From Octopus sinensis (taxonomy: Eukaryota), in NCBI RefSeq assembly GCF_006345805.1, contig NC_043014.1, positions 9,982,001 to 10,046,000 on the forward strand: a DNA stretch of 64,000 bases, read 5' to 3'. This document shows, piece by piece, positions 39,608 to 55,237 of the stretch. How positions within the stretch are numbered: position 1 is the first letter of the stretch; every line of letters begins with the position of its first letter. Below the pieces are notes generated by a model. That model was not told where the DNA came from. It ran no database searches and saw nothing but the letters and a program-made list of their open reading frames with translations. Made by a program: the position numbers and the translations under genes.

Positions 39608-39729
39608 TTGTAATCACCCCACTTGTCGTATGGTTAACACCATATAGATTTCCGGTGCATCCTAGTTAAGGACCATATTCATGTGAATTCATTAGATTTC
39701 ACTTGAATCTCAATTACTTAAACCGAATA

Positions 39730-39783
<54 letters not shown>

Positions 39784-39896
39784 CAGAGACATAACATTAG
39801 GCAAGGAAACGGAAAGAATTAATATATTCAAAAGCACACCTACGAAAAATTATGCTATTTAGGATATCCGCATAACCGAGTTTCGGCTTCTGTAAA

Positions 39897-40283
39897 TCTT
39901 TATATATAAAAGAGAGGTTGTGTGCTGTCTGTCTCCTACGATTTAGATTCCAAACTACTCCCACATTTTGCGGTGCAGTTTAACCAAAACCGGGTATATT
40001 CATATCGAGCCCTTCTGGGTATTAGCGCGCGTCTACGATGAGTGTACGATTTAAAAAAAATTACCATCATTTTTATCCATTTTAATACATTTTTTCGCTA
40101 TTATATAAGGGAAGTAATTCTCTAAAAAATGTCTACGATGAGTCAACGATTTAGAAAAAAATTTACCATAATTTTTTTCCATTTTTAATGCATTTTTTGG
40201 CTATTTTTGGGCTATAACTATCTAAAAATGCTTATATAGTTATTTCCCTTACAAACCCGAGCAACGCCGGGCGATACTGCTAG
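39897..40283 (+). mobile_element. Non-autonomous Helitron
   Basis: A|TC start and cccgagcaacgccgggcgatactgCTAG|T end. Confidence 0.9.
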
Positions 40284-40387
40284 TTAATTATATAATATTC
40301 CCTCATATTATATATATATATATATATACACACATACACACACAATATTGAGGTCTCCTTCATTCATTTGTCTTGCCATTTCTATCA

Positions 40388-40425
<38 letters not shown>

Positions 40426-40787
40426 TGTGTGTGTGTGTATATTTATGTGAGATTGTCTGCATTTGTCCCCTCACATTCACTTAACAACCGATGTTGGTGT
40501 GTTCACGTCCCTGTAAACTACCATTTCGACAAAATAAGTACTAGGCTCGCAAAGAATAGGACCTAGGTTCTAATTTATCGACGAAAAACCTCTTTAAGTA
40601 GATGCTTCTTCATGGTCGCAGTGAAATGATTGAATCAGGTAAAAGAATACACACACACACATTTTAATATACATATATATATATATATATTCAGTAATTG
40701 GTTTTTTTATTCTTCAGATTTTTGTAAGTATGCTAGACCATTAGTTTAAAATGATATTAATTAATTTTGATTTCTACCCTCATTATT

Positions 40788-40862
<75 letters not shown>

Positions 40863-40864
<2 letters not shown>

Positions 40865-41145
40865 GCGCAATGGCCTAATGGTTAGGGCAGTGGACTCACG
40901 GTCGCAGGATCACGGTTTCGATTCCCAGACCGGGCGTTGTGAGTTTTTATTGAGCGAAAACACCTAAAAGCTCCACGAGGTTCCGGCAGGGGATGGTGGT
41001 GATCCCTGCTGTACTCTTTCACCACTCTTTCTTCTGTAGGCCTGCTCGCTTAGCCAACGGGGAGGGGTCATTCGAAGGCTAAAACAATGTGAACGCATTG
41101 TGACCAGCGATGTGTAACATCTGATGGTCTGGTCGGTCACGTGAT
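40863..41145 (+). mobile_element. SINE family A head with a different (F) tail
   Basis: Family A head to about 41025, then an unrelated tail. Confidence 0.7.
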
Positions 41146-42051
41146 ATATATATATATATATATACATACGTGTGTGTGCGCGCGACTGTGTGTATGTATA
41201 TGTATGTATGTACGTATGTGTCAGCATTATGTTTATGTCAGTTCACTATTAGTGCCTCGCGTGGTTGCCCCGTCAGCGACGAAACTGACAGGCTTACCAA
41301 GAAATTATTCTCCTTACCTGCTAGATAAGGAGATTTATTTTCGTAGGATCCCCAACAGGACCAAAAACAAAACCTGTGAAGATTTGAATGAGCTCAGTAG
41401 AGATAAATACCATCAAAGGGCTGAGAGAGAAAACCCTAAATTCGTTTAGACATTATTTCAGGAGTAGGATATTCTGATGTAATAACTGGCGTTTAGCATT
41501 TGTTTGTTTCTGGGCTACTTGACTTTTTGGATGAGAATCTTAGCGATGTTGTGCAAATTCTTATTGATTTCACATTTCAGCACAGGCATTTGCTGACAGC
41601 TGTTGCCCTTAGCATCCAGGATAAGATAATTTGTTAGCGATGGGTCTTCTCGTTTACGAATTGACAGCCGCTAAGTACGAAAGCATGTACGCGTGCATTT
41701 GCATGAATGTATATATGCATGCCTGGAAATATCCATGCATATTTGTGTGTGTGTGTGTGTGTGTATGTATGTACGTAAGTACTTGCATTAGTGCGTGTTA
41801 GCGTTGTACACACACACATAAACACACATACACACGCACACTCATACATACACACACACACACAGACACACACACACACACATACATACATACATACATA
41901 CATACATACATACATTAAATCATTCGTGGATGTTTTGGTTGCAGAAATAATAAAGAATTGGTTCTAAAATAAATTTCTAGATAATATAGAGTGCTTTATT
42001 ATGTAATTCGACGCACCTAAAAATCCCGCACAAGAACGTAAGAATACGCAC

Positions 42052-42098
<47 letters not shown>

Positions 42099-42117
42099 AA
42101 TCCTTAAATCCTTAAAA

Positions 42118-43490
42118 ATGTTTCAGCCCGAAGGCCGCGGCCATGCTGGGGCACCACCGCTGAATGAGCTACACTAGTTTGTGAATTCACCTCTGATACG
42201 TGGCACTTGATCAACAAGGGAGTTCGATGCTGCTGCCCGCATCCGTGTCTCCTGTCGTGAGGTAGGTTCATCTGGGACTCCCAACAAGAAGAGATCCAGT
42301 TTAGTTTTAAAGAAACCCACATCCACACCATGTAAGTCTCTCAGGCATTTAGGGAGGATGTTAAAGAGCTGTGGTCCTCTGAAACCCAAGCTGTTGCAGT
42401 ATCTGGACCTGTATTTTGATGGTGATGTTGGAATCCTTGGCACCACGCAGCGGCGCCCCGTTCTGCGGTGGAGTAACTTTGAATGCCAAAGTTTGGGACA
42501 AGACCCTCCAGGATTTTCCAGATGTATATCACTGCATATCTCTCCCGCCTCCGCTCCAGGAGAAGAGGTTTAATACCTTCAGTCTTTCCCAGTAGCTGAC
42601 ATTTAGCATTGAGACGATTTTCTTTGTGTAGCTTCTCTGAGTTGCTTCGAGTTCTGCTGTTTGTTTTATATTGTGTGGTGACCAAAGTTGGGAGCAGTAG
42701 TCCAAGCGGCTGAGGACAAATGTTTTCCATAGGACCATCAGTGTCTCCTTCTCTCTTGTTCTGAAAGTTCGGAGAATCCATCCAGCTAGCCGTCTGCATG
42801 TTATCACCAGATTAGCAATATGCATTTGGAAAGATGCATCATTGCTCATGTCAATGCCCAGGTCACGCACTGATTTTGACTCAGGGATTGCAATTCTTCC
42901 TGGCCAGTGTATCCAGTCTTCACGTCATTTACCTTTGTGTGCCAGTAGCGCAGGGCCTGGAACTTACCTGCATTAAACTGCATGTTGTTGTCCTCAACCC
43001 ACCTGTATATTGTGTCAGCTCATGTTGCAGATGCGCAATATTTTCAGGGTTTTGTATTGCGTGGGAGACTTTGTGTCATCTGCATAGCTAGCAAGGGTGG
43101 TCATCGTAGCAACTGAAGGCATGTCTGAAAGGGCCACTATGAACATCAGTGGCCCCAAGACAGTGCCCTGTGGGACACCGCTTTTATTTGCGTTTCCCTG
43201 GAGGTGGCTCCATTGCTCACAACTGCCTGTTTTCTGTCTTTTAGGAAGTTGTGCAGCCACTCTCCAAGTTTCCCGCCTATGCCGAGACCACGCAGTTTGT
43301 GACAGATCATACCATGGTCGACTTTATCAAAGGCTTTTGCAAGTCAAGATATATTACATCCACATTTGAGCCTTTAGTAGCTGTTTCAACACCCAGTCAT
43401 AGTGTTGCAGGAGCTGTGTTAGGCAGCCACTACCTGGTCGAAATCCATGCTGGGTGTCAGACAGTAAGTCATTTTCTTCAAGGAACATGA
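42118..43490 (-). mobile_element. CR1/L2-group LINE, frameshifted RT and 3' end
   Basis: GVPQGTVLGPLMF, YADDTK, RDLGI, SRLDYCSQLWSP, ERRRERY. Confidence 0.9.
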
Positions 43491-43494
43491 TTAG

Positions 43495-45024
43495 TTCTTA
43501 TAGATATATATATATACATACATATTAATAATACATACAATATATACATACATACATATATATATATACATAATATATACATACATATATAAATACATAC
43601 ATACATATATACATACATACAACATACATACATATATACATACATAAGATATATATACTAAAATATATACATAATACATATATATATACATACACTAACG
43701 TAATATATATACGTACATATATATATACATACATACATATATATATACATACATATATATAACATACATATATATATACATACATATATATATACATACA
43801 TATATATATACATACAACATATACATACATACATATATATTTACATACTATATATATACATACATACTATATACATCATATTACATACATACATATATAT
43901 TACAACATACATAATATATACATACATATATATATACTACATACATTATATATACATACATATATATATATACATACATATATATATACATACATATATA
44001 CATACATACATATATATATACATACATAATATATATACATACTATAATTTATACAACATACAATATACATACATACATTATATTACATACATACATAATA
44101 TATATACATATATACTATATACATACATTATATATAATACATACATATAATCTACATACATAGATATATACAGATTATATATAATATAGATACATACATA
44201 TATTAACATACATATATATATATACATACATTATATACATACATATACATACATATATACTACATATATATATACATTATATATATATATACATACATAT
44301 AATACATACATATACATACATATATACATACATATATATATATACATATTATATATATACATATATATATACATACATATATATATATATTAAAATATAT
44401 ATATACTTACATATATATATAACTATATATATATATATTACATATATATATACATAATATATATATTATAATATACATATATATATTTATATACATATAT
44501 ATATATATACATATATATATACATAATATATACATACATATATATTTATATACATATATATATTTATATACATATATATACATATATATTTATATACATA
44601 TATATATTTATATACATATATATACATATATATATACATACATATATATATTTATATACATATATATATTTATATACATATATATATTATATATTTATAT
44701 ACATATATATTTATATACTTATTATATCCATTATATATTTATATACATATTATAGATATATATTATATATATATTTATATACTATTTAATACATATATAT
44801 ATATATATATATAATTACATACATACATATATATACATACATATATAAACTACATATATATCATATATACATTATAACCATACATACTATATATACATAC
44901 TACATATATATATACATATTATATATATATACACATATATTCTATTTATACACATATATATATATATATACACACATATATATTATATATACATATATAT
45001 ATCTATATACATACATATATATAC

Positions 45025-45060
<36 letters not shown>

Positions 45061-47140
45061 ACATACATATAGATACATACATACATATTATACATACATC
45101 ATATATTATATATACATATATATATAAACATACTATATCATACATACATACATCATATATATAGCATACATACATACATATATTTACCTACATATATATA
45201 TCTATATCATACATATATATATATACATATATATATATATACATATTATATATACAATAATATATATATATATATACATATATATACATATATATACATA
45301 CATACATACATATAATACATACATACATATATATACTACATACATACATATATATACATACATATATAATATACATACATATATATAACTTACACATATA
45401 TATATATACTCTACACATATATATATATATACATATATATATATCTACATACATATATATATATAATATACATACATATATATATACATACATACATCTA
45501 TAATATATACATACATATATATATATACATACTATATATATATATACATACATATATATACATAATACATATATATACATACATACATATAATAATATAC
45601 TATATATATATATAACTATATATACATACATACATACATATCTATCATACATACATACATATATATACATACATACATATATATATATATACATATATAT
45701 AATACATATATTATATAGATATACATATATATATATATACATATATCTATATATATATATATAAATAATACATATATATACATACATACTACATATATAT
45801 ACTACATACATATATATACATACATACATACAATATATACATACATACATATTATATACATACATATATATACATATACACATATATATATTATATACAC
45901 ATTATATATATATACATATATATATATACATACATATATATATATATATACATACATATATATATATACATACATATATAAATATACATACATATATATA
46001 TACATACATATATATATATACATACATATATTTATATATACATATATATTATACATATATATAATTTATATACATATATATATTTATATACATATATATA
46101 TTTATATACATATATATATAATTTATATACATATATATATTTATATACATATATATATTTATATTACATATATATATATTATATACATATATATATATTT
46201 ATATACATATATAATATATACATAATATATATATACATTATATATATATATTATATATACATATATATACATATAATACATACATACATACATATATATA
46301 CATACTTACATACTATACATACATACATACATATATATACATACATACATATAATACATATATATATACATATACACATATATATATATATATATACATA
46401 TATCTATATATATAATTATATATATACATTACATATATAAATAATATACATACATATAATATATACATACATACATATATATATATACATACATATATAT
46501 ATATACATACAGATATATATACATACATATTATTTATATACATACATATATATTTATATACATATATATATATTTATATACATATATATATTATATATAT
46601 ATATATATTTATACATATATATATATTTATATATATATATATATTTATATACATATATATAGTTATATACATATATATATATTTATATACATATATCTAG
46701 ATATAATACATATATAATATATATATTACATATATATATATATAATACATATATATATATATATTTATACATATATATATATTTATATATATATTATATA
46801 TTATATACATCTATATATATTTATATACATATATATATATATATTACATATATATATATATATTTATATAAAATATTATATATATTTATATACATATATA
46901 TATATATACTATATATATATATATTTTATACATATATATATTATATTTTATACATATATATATACATATCTATATACATATATTATATACCTATATATAT
47001 ATATTTATATACATAATATTTATAACATATATATATATATATTTATATACATATAATATATTTATATACATATATATATAGTATAAATATATATACATAT
47101 ATATATTAATACTATATATATATATATATTATTTATTATC

Positions 47141-47178
<38 letters not shown>

Positions 47179-47209
47179 TTATATACATATATATATCTAT
47201 ATATATTTT

Positions 47210-47254
<45 letters not shown>

Positions 47255-47426
47255 CATATATATATATATATATATATTATATACATTATATATATCTATA
47301 TATATTTATATACATATATATATATATATATATATTTATATAATAAATATATATATATATATTTATATACATTATATATATATATATATATATATTTATA
47401 TACATATATATATATATTGATATTAC

Positions 47427-47460
<34 letters not shown>

Positions 47461-47490
47461 CATACATATATATATATATATATTATATTC
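43495..47490. repeat. About 4 kb of (TA)n/(TACA)n low-complexity sequence
   Basis: Direct reading; irregular indels throughout. Confidence 0.95.
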
Positions 47491-47665
47491 ATATATAATA
47501 ATAATAACATTAGAGAGTATGTAGTGTTTTTACTTATATATTGTTTATTCAGGTTTGTACTTTTTGTCATCTAGTTATATGTTTTATAATATATTTTATT
47601 TTTTCTTATATGGCATGATTACGTCTATATCATTGTTTGAATTACATAATAGTGGTTTTCCTCTA

Positions 47666-47728
<63 letters not shown>

Positions 47729-50700
47729 GTGTGTGTGTGTGTGTGGTGTGTGTGTGTGTGGTGTGTGTGTGTGTAATTGATTGTATACGCATGCGTATTA
47801 GTATGGATATTCTGTTTACGCTTAAGACTGGTTTTAGATATTTCTTTCCCGTTGGGATAGCATTGTTCTGCTCTTAGTCGATGAGAAATTATTTGAAAAC
47901 CGTATTAATTTATTTCATTGTTTCCAATTTTGCCTCCAAAGATTTACTTACGAAACTCTACGATACAATGAAGCAATACTGCGTTTAAGACCGTTGGAGA
48001 TATAACACAGACTGATAGAAATTCTCTCTCACGCAAACATATTCACACATATATACTAACACATGCATACACACACATACACGCAATCACGCACAAATAA
48101 TATATCTTAAATTAAATGTACTTGGTGTCCATTTACAATTCCTCTGGTTTGCGTCATTTATGCAAAAGCCGACTCTACATTGCATGTGCCACAATCGAAC
48201 GGACAGAAATAATGTTTATATATTTAGGTGAGATAAATTGTATATTACTTTATTTCATTTCAAGAAATTTGTCATTATAGACAGTACAAAGAATGGGTGG
48301 CTTTGCGGGCTGGACAAACACATAAATGAATGAAAATGAAATAAAATGAATAAATGAGAGACGAAACCCAACACCCGCCGATTGGATTTTTCTCGAAAAC
48401 ATTTTCTTTTTTTTAAATCAATGAGATTTCAAACCTCTTACAAGGAGGCACTAAAGCCTCTTACGTAACATGTTTTTTTAAACACACAATTGAGGTTATA
48501 AACCACGACAAATAATACAATAAGATAATATTTCAAACCCTCTAACGAGGCTTTTTCACCTCCTACTCATCGCTATATCCATCGATATATTCATCATTAT
48601 CTTCAATGCTGCTTGAGTTCCTGTATCCTACCATTCCCCATGCCTCACTCATGTAGGACATGTAAGTCGTGTAAGGGCCACTCGACCATATGCGACATTC
48701 CTCCCCAAACCCTTTAAGCCTTTCCCACAAGGGAAACCTTATGACCTCTAAAATTGTATATTACTTACTAATCTTTTTATATTATCGTTTTGTTTATAAG
48801 ATCAACAATGCTTTTTATTTCCCAAATAATTATTGTATTTTACTATCACTTAGTGCAAGACTTTAAAAAATATAAGAACTGTCAAATTAAAAGATATTGC
48901 AGCCGTTTTCGGCCATATCTTCGACTGTTGGATTGCCACAATATAGAGATCTATTCGGTTGTCAGGGTAAATGGCCATTATCACAACATTTCTGCGATGT
49001 GCACTCTCTCTCGGTCGTAGTAGCCGCTTCTGATACGTTTGCACTCACTGCTGAGTCACTACTAGCGAAACGATAAAAGCATGCGAGCACTAGGATGTGA
49101 CAGAAGCTGGTTGATGTATGCAGGTGACTTCACCGTCGCCGAGTCTGATACAAGGCATATCGAGATGATCGGCCCTGCATCAAGGATCTACTAATCGTTG
49201 ACAAATGCAAAAATCAACTAAGAAAAGAGAGTTAACGGAGATATAACTTTGTCATTCATCACCTGTTAAACTGCGTAGGATGGTGTTTGGTTCATATCTC
49301 CAAATGGAGAAGGACTTGGACGAGTAGGCGAGCAGGATGGCTAATCTCATCAGAGATGGGCTGAGAGAAATCCATCCCTGAAAGGTCAGTAAGGGTGATG
49401 AATGTTTACATCTCCTCCAACTTATGCTATCACCTGATCATCGTGTCTTGATGAACACATCTCTTAAGATCAGAACCCCGGTTCTCCCCGCCTTGTCTGA
49501 ACATTTTGATTGAGCGGACGCCCCATTGTTTGTCAACACCCACAAAGCGAGTGGAATAATGAGCATGCTGTATCCATATGATGAACAAACGTGTTGAGGC
49601 TCTGATATCTACTTCCATTTGAAATCATAATGTCTTAACTTCGAGCAAAACAACATATATTTTTATTTTTATATGGTATTCATTCAACATCTCGAATGAT
49701 CCAGTCTGTTTTACTTAGGTTTATTGAAGAATATATCACATTAACTTTTCACTTCCATAAATATTTTCTTTTATCTTAACCACTGGGCCTTAAAACTTGT
49801 AATTTGCAGAAATTTCTTTTATATTTCGATGAATCATCATTTCTTCACTCAGATCCATTTAATAACGTTTTATTTCACAGATTTATTTAATATTTCCTTT
49901 CATGTACTAAAATAAATTAATCCCAAGCAAATAGAAATTTTTGCCATTACATGTATTTGTGTAATATATTTTATTGAACTTCATCTGATATATCTTTCAT
50001 TGCACTTTACTTATAATGATTACATGTCTAACACTGCGCTATGAGATAGGGAGATACGCTTAAGAGACATTGTAAGAAGTTGCCTTTATCGGATCAAGGC
50101 AGATTTGTAAATTGAACAGTTGATATCTTCCAGTATTGACAGGAATTATATGTACATGTGATTCTTTATTTTTGAACATGAAAGGAAATTTTTAATACAT
50201 CTGTGATTGAAAAGAAAAATTACTAAAATGGATTTGAATGAAAAAAATATTTAATGGAACCATAAAGAACATTTCTGTGAATTTCCATTTCTAAGGCTCA
50301 GCGTTTAAAATTGATAGACAGATAGCAGTACACGGTTCATACTTACCACTACGAGAGGTGCTAATTTCCTGAGTTTAAGGGTACCGCGAAAGGGTAGAGC
50401 AGTTAACTTTACAGTAGACGTAGGATAAATATTTCGAAGATATGCAAAAAAGCCATGATCTGACGTATGATGGCAACTCCTAGACTGGATGGTATGATGG
50501 TATCTCCTACGGAAAATACGCGACTTTCACTTCGAATTAGTAGACCACCTACCATACTGTCCTGAATTGGGCCCCTGCGACCATCACTTCTTTCCACAAC
50601 TGAAGGAGCTTCTCAAGTAAACGAAATTTCACTCAAGTCAGGAAGTAAGGGATTGCTGCTACACTGGCCTGGCTGGAGGCCCAACATTCCGAAAGTCTTT

Positions 50701-50765
50701 TACTGACTTGAAAACTTTTAAAAGTCTTTTATTGACTTTAAAAACCTGAAAGACCACCAAGTGTG

Positions 50766-50865
50766 NNNNNNNNNNNNNNNNNNNNNNNNNNNNNNNNNNN
50801 NNNNNNNNNNNNNNNNNNNNNNNNNNNNNNNNNNNNNNNNNNNNNNNNNNNNNNNNNNNNNNNNN
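50766..50865. other. Assembly gap (100 N)
   Basis: Direct reading. Confidence 1.
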
Positions 50866-51013
50866 ATTCTAAAATCAATGATATATTCATTGTCTATTAT
50901 CTCTCTCTCAAATATTTAAGTTTCGAAACGAGTTGTTTGCGGGAAGAATCTTATCTGAAGAAACATTTCATAAGATTCTAACGGGAAACGAATTCCTTTC
51001 GCTTTCTTCAATA

Positions 51014-51078
<65 letters not shown>

Positions 51079-51160
51079 TGCGGTTTGCAATATTTAAAGA
51101 TGATGAACTTGTGCAGAAACTGACGTCGAGAAACTTTATTACATTTTATTTGCATCTTAT

Positions 51161-51575
51161 AGGCGCAGGAGTGGCTGTGTGGTAAGTAGCTTGCTAACAA
51201 ACCACATGGTTCCGGGTTCAGTCCCACTGCGTGGAATCTTGGGCAAGTGTCTTCTGCTATAGCCCCGGTCCGACCAATGCCTTGTGAGTGGATTTGGTAG
51301 ACGGAAACTGAAAGAAGCCTGTCGTATATATGTATATATATATATATGTATGTGTGTGTTTGTGTGTCTGTGTTTGTCCCCCTAGCATTGCTTGACAACC
51401 GATGCTGGTGTGTTTACGTCCCTGTCACTTAGCGGTTCGGCAAAACAGACCGATAGAATAAGTACTGGGCTTACAAAGAATAAGTCCCGTGGTCGATTTG
51501 CTCGACTAAAGGCGGTGCTCCAGCATGGCCGCAGTCAAATGACTGAAACAAATAAAAGAGTAGAAAGAGTAAAGA
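51161..51575 (+). mobile_element. SINE family D
   Basis: Full-length copy. Confidence 0.9.
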
Positions 51576-51865
51576 GTTATATAAGACACATACCCGAGAG
51601 CATCTCTACACTCATACCTAATTAGAAATAAACAAAGCTAAATGAGATTGAATTATAATAACGATACTCAACTAGTAATCCAAAATGGATTATGTTCGCA
51701 GACATACACCACGCATATCCCATTTTCCACACGGTGTATTAGAATATATTTTTATACTTCAGACGATCCCTTGAATTAAGGTGCTCTCACATATTTAATT
51801 AATGTTTGTTAATAATATTAACGATGTTAAGATTTAGGTGGTTCACCGCCTAACTATATAATTTA

Positions 51866-52400
51866 GGCGGTCAACTGGCAGAATCGTTAGCACACCGGGC
51901 GAAATGCGTAGCCGTATTTCGTCTGCCGTTACGTTCTGAGTTCAAATTCCGCCAAGGTCGACTTTGCCTTTCATCCTTTCAGGGTCGATAAATTAAGTAC
52001 TAGATACGCACTGGGGTCCATATAATCGACTTAATCCGGTTGTCTGTCCTTGTTTGTCAACTCTGTGTTTAGCTCCTTGCGGGTAGTAAAGAAATAGGCA
52101 TTTCCTCTACCGTTACGTTCTAAGTTCAAACTCCGCCGACGTCGACTTTGCCTTTCATCCTTTCGGGGTCGATTAAATACCAATTTCTTTACTACCCACA
52201 GGGGGCTAAACACAGAGAGGAAAAACAAGGACAGACAAACGGATTAAGTCGATTATATCGACACCATTGCGAAACTGGTACTTAATTTATCGACCCAGAA
52301 AGGATGAAAGGCAAAGTCGACATCGGTGGAATTTGAACTCATAATGTAGCTGCAGACGAAATACTGCAAAGCATTTCGCCCGGCGTGCTAACGATTCTAC
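51866..52400. mobile_element. SINE family B cluster: plus copy, partial plus copy, minus copy (tail-to-tail inversion)
   Basis: 51866-52100 (+), 52105-52178 (+), 52184-52400 (-). Confidence 0.85.
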
Positions 52401-52459
52401 CATCTCGCAGAAGCTGGTTTCCTCCGTCTGAGAATACGAAAAAAAAAAATACTTCGACG

Positions 52460-52624
52460 CAGTAGTGGCTCTGTGGTAAGTAGCTTACTAACCAACCACA
52501 TGGTTCCGGGTTCAGTCCCACTGCGTGGAATCTTGGGCAAGTGTCTTCTACTATAGCCCCGGGCCGACCAATGCCTTGTGAGTGGATCTGGTAGACGGAA
52601 ACTGAAAGAAGCCTGTCGTATATA

Positions 52625-52669
<45 letters not shown>

Positions 52670-52870
52670 TTGTGTGTCTGTGTTTGTCCCCCTAGCATTG
52701 CTTGACAACCGATGCTGGTGTGTTTACGTCCCCGCCACTTAGCGTTTCGGCAAAAGAGACCGATAGAATAAGTACCGGGCTTAAAGGAATAAGTCCCGGG
52801 GTCGATTTGCTCGACTAAAGTCAGTGCTCCAGCATGGTCGCAGTCAAAATGACTGAAACAAGTAACAGAG
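52460..52870 (+). mobile_element. SINE family D (followed by a degenerate family B copy at 52875-53090)
   Basis: Matches the consensus of other copies. Confidence 0.85.
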
Positions 52871-53162
52871 TATTGCCTACAGGGGGCTAAACATAGATGA
52901 AATATACAACGAGGGATAACATAAAAGGGGCTGACAAAGGGATTTAGTCGATAATATCTGGTACTTATTTAATCAACCCCGAAAGAATGAAATGCAAATT
53001 TGACCTCGGCAGAATTTGAAATCAGAACGTAAGGGTAGACGAAACACGGCTAAGAATTTCGCCCTGCGTGCTAACGATTCTTGCACCTCACTGAAGCTAG
53101 TTTTCTACGTCTCACAATAAGAAAAGAAAATACTTCGACGCTGTTCTGGAGCGTTCACTTCA

Positions 53163-53554
53163 TCTTATATATAAAACTGTAGTTGTGTCAGTGTCTGTCC
53201 CCTTCGATTTAGATTCCTAACTACTCCTCCCATTTGCGGTGCAGTTTAACCAAAACCGGGTATCTTATAGTCGTGATTCATATCGAGCCCTTCTGGGTAT
53301 TAGCGCGCGTCTACGATGAGTCTACGATTTAAAATAATTTACCATCATTTTTTTTCCATTTTCATGCATATTTTTTTAAAGGGAAGTAACTCTCTAAAAA
53401 TGTCTACGATGAGTCAACGATTTAAAAAAAAAATTACCATCATATTTTTTCCATTTTTAATGCATTTTTTTGCTATTTTTTGGCTATAACTCTCTAAAAA
53501 TGCTGTATAGTTATTTCCCTTACAAACCCGAGCAACGCCGGGCAATACGGCTAG
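53163..53554 (+). mobile_element. Non-autonomous Helitron
   Basis: A|TC start and cccgagcaacgccgggcaatacggCTAG|T end. Confidence 0.9.
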
Positions 53555-53934
53555 TTCTAGACATAATAACATCGTAAAGAACTAAACGCCCTTCAGGTGT
53601 TAGTTGTTTTTGTTATCAACGTACATTCTGAATTTGGTTCATGATAAAGTGTGCTATTTCACATAATTGGTAAATTGATACAGAAAGTATCAGGGAAGTC
53701 TATGTTGGAAAATATTTACAGAGAGCGTCAGCTAAGGTATGATTAGTAATTACATGGTGAGATGAGATTACGGCGAAGGCTGGATTCGAGACGTAGCTAT
53801 TAGTAATTATTGTGCGTGCATATATATATATATATATATGTGTGTATAATGTGTGTGGTTGTGCGCGCGTGTGTGTATGCATATATATATATATATATAT
53901 ACATGCATATATTATATATCTACCTACATAAATA

Positions 53935-53965
<31 letters not shown>

Positions 53966-53983
53966 TGTGTGTGTGTGTGTGTG

Positions 53984-54018
<35 letters not shown>

Positions 54019-54217
54019 TATGTTTGTGTTTGTCCCCCCCAACATCGCTTGGCAACCGATGCTGGTGTGTTTGCGTCCCCGTAACTTAGCGGTTAGGCGA
54101 AAGACACCGATAGAATAAATACTAGGCTTACAAAGTATAAGTCCTGGGGTCGATTTGCTCGACTAAAGGCGGTGCTTCACCATGGCCACAGTCACATGAC
54201 TGAAATAAGTAAAAGAG

Positions 54218-54249
<32 letters not shown>

Positions 54250-54366
54250 GCTGACGAAAGAATTTTTATTTTTAGATATAACTGGGGTACTTAAATGCAC
54301 TCATGTTTTTTGCTTCGGCTTTTTCCATGGGCGCATCTAAGTATCTTATTTATATTCTCTCGTAAG

Positions 54367-54426
54367 CTCTACTGAAGACGAATAAATCTTTTATGAGATT
54401 AATTCCGAAATTGATTCAATATAGAG
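54367..54426 (+). ncRNA. Type I hammerhead ribozyme
   Basis: CTCTA CTGAAGA cGAATaAATCT-tttatg-AGATTaATTCc GAAA TTGA-t-TCAA TA TAGAG, within a roughly 430-bp segment between (TA)n tracts. Confidence 0.7.
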
Positions 54427-55237
54427 ATAACGAATTTTAAATATTCTAACAGCCAGCTTGCCCGACTTCAGTTCTTCGATTTTTGCTGTAGCGAGTAAAT
54501 TATATGTGGAAATTGACGATTTTTAATATGTTATCAGCATATTGCCTTTGAAATAATTTTCTTTAGCCCTTACTTATAAGTTGTTTATAATTTTAACCGT
54601 AAGGTATTTTAATATGCTGCCACATTTCTTGATGGAATTTTTTCTGGTAGAGAAAAAACTTCATCCTATATTAGTAGTATATATATATATATATAGATAT
54701 ATATATATATATATATATACATACACTTTGGGATGTATCCAGAAGATGATTCGAACCTCTTGTGGTTTCAGCTCCAGCTCGCTGTGCCGTAATTGCCAGC
54801 CAAGAGTAAAGTAAATGGATTGTTTTAAATTATCAGATTGAACTTTTAAAATGAACGAAGAATATATGCAGACCATTTCGAACACAGTTCTATTGCCCAT
54901 AACATCGCCCTCAAAATTTGGCACAAAGCACCAATTTCGGGGGAGGGGTAAATCGATTACATTGATCCCTTTGCTCAATTGGTACCTATTTTATCGACCC
55001 AAAATAATGACAGGCAAAGTCGACCTCGGTGCAATTTGAACTGAGAACGTAAAAACGGACGAAATCTCGCTCAGCATTTTATTCAGTGCCGTAACGATTC
55101 TTCTAGATGGGCGCCTTATATTTTACCCCTAAAATTAAGATGCTATCGTCAAGTTAAGTTCTAATTTAGAGTGTGCCACATTTAGCTAAACACATTCAAT
55201 GAAAGGAATTGGCCCCCAATCCATATGCTGACGACAT

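Noticed and set aside
43491-47776. Many Y/I/M/C/V-rich ORFs (also at 3891-4214, 12177-12502, 29816-30186, 58371-58982)
   Set aside because: Translations of TA, CA and TATC microsatellites, not genes.
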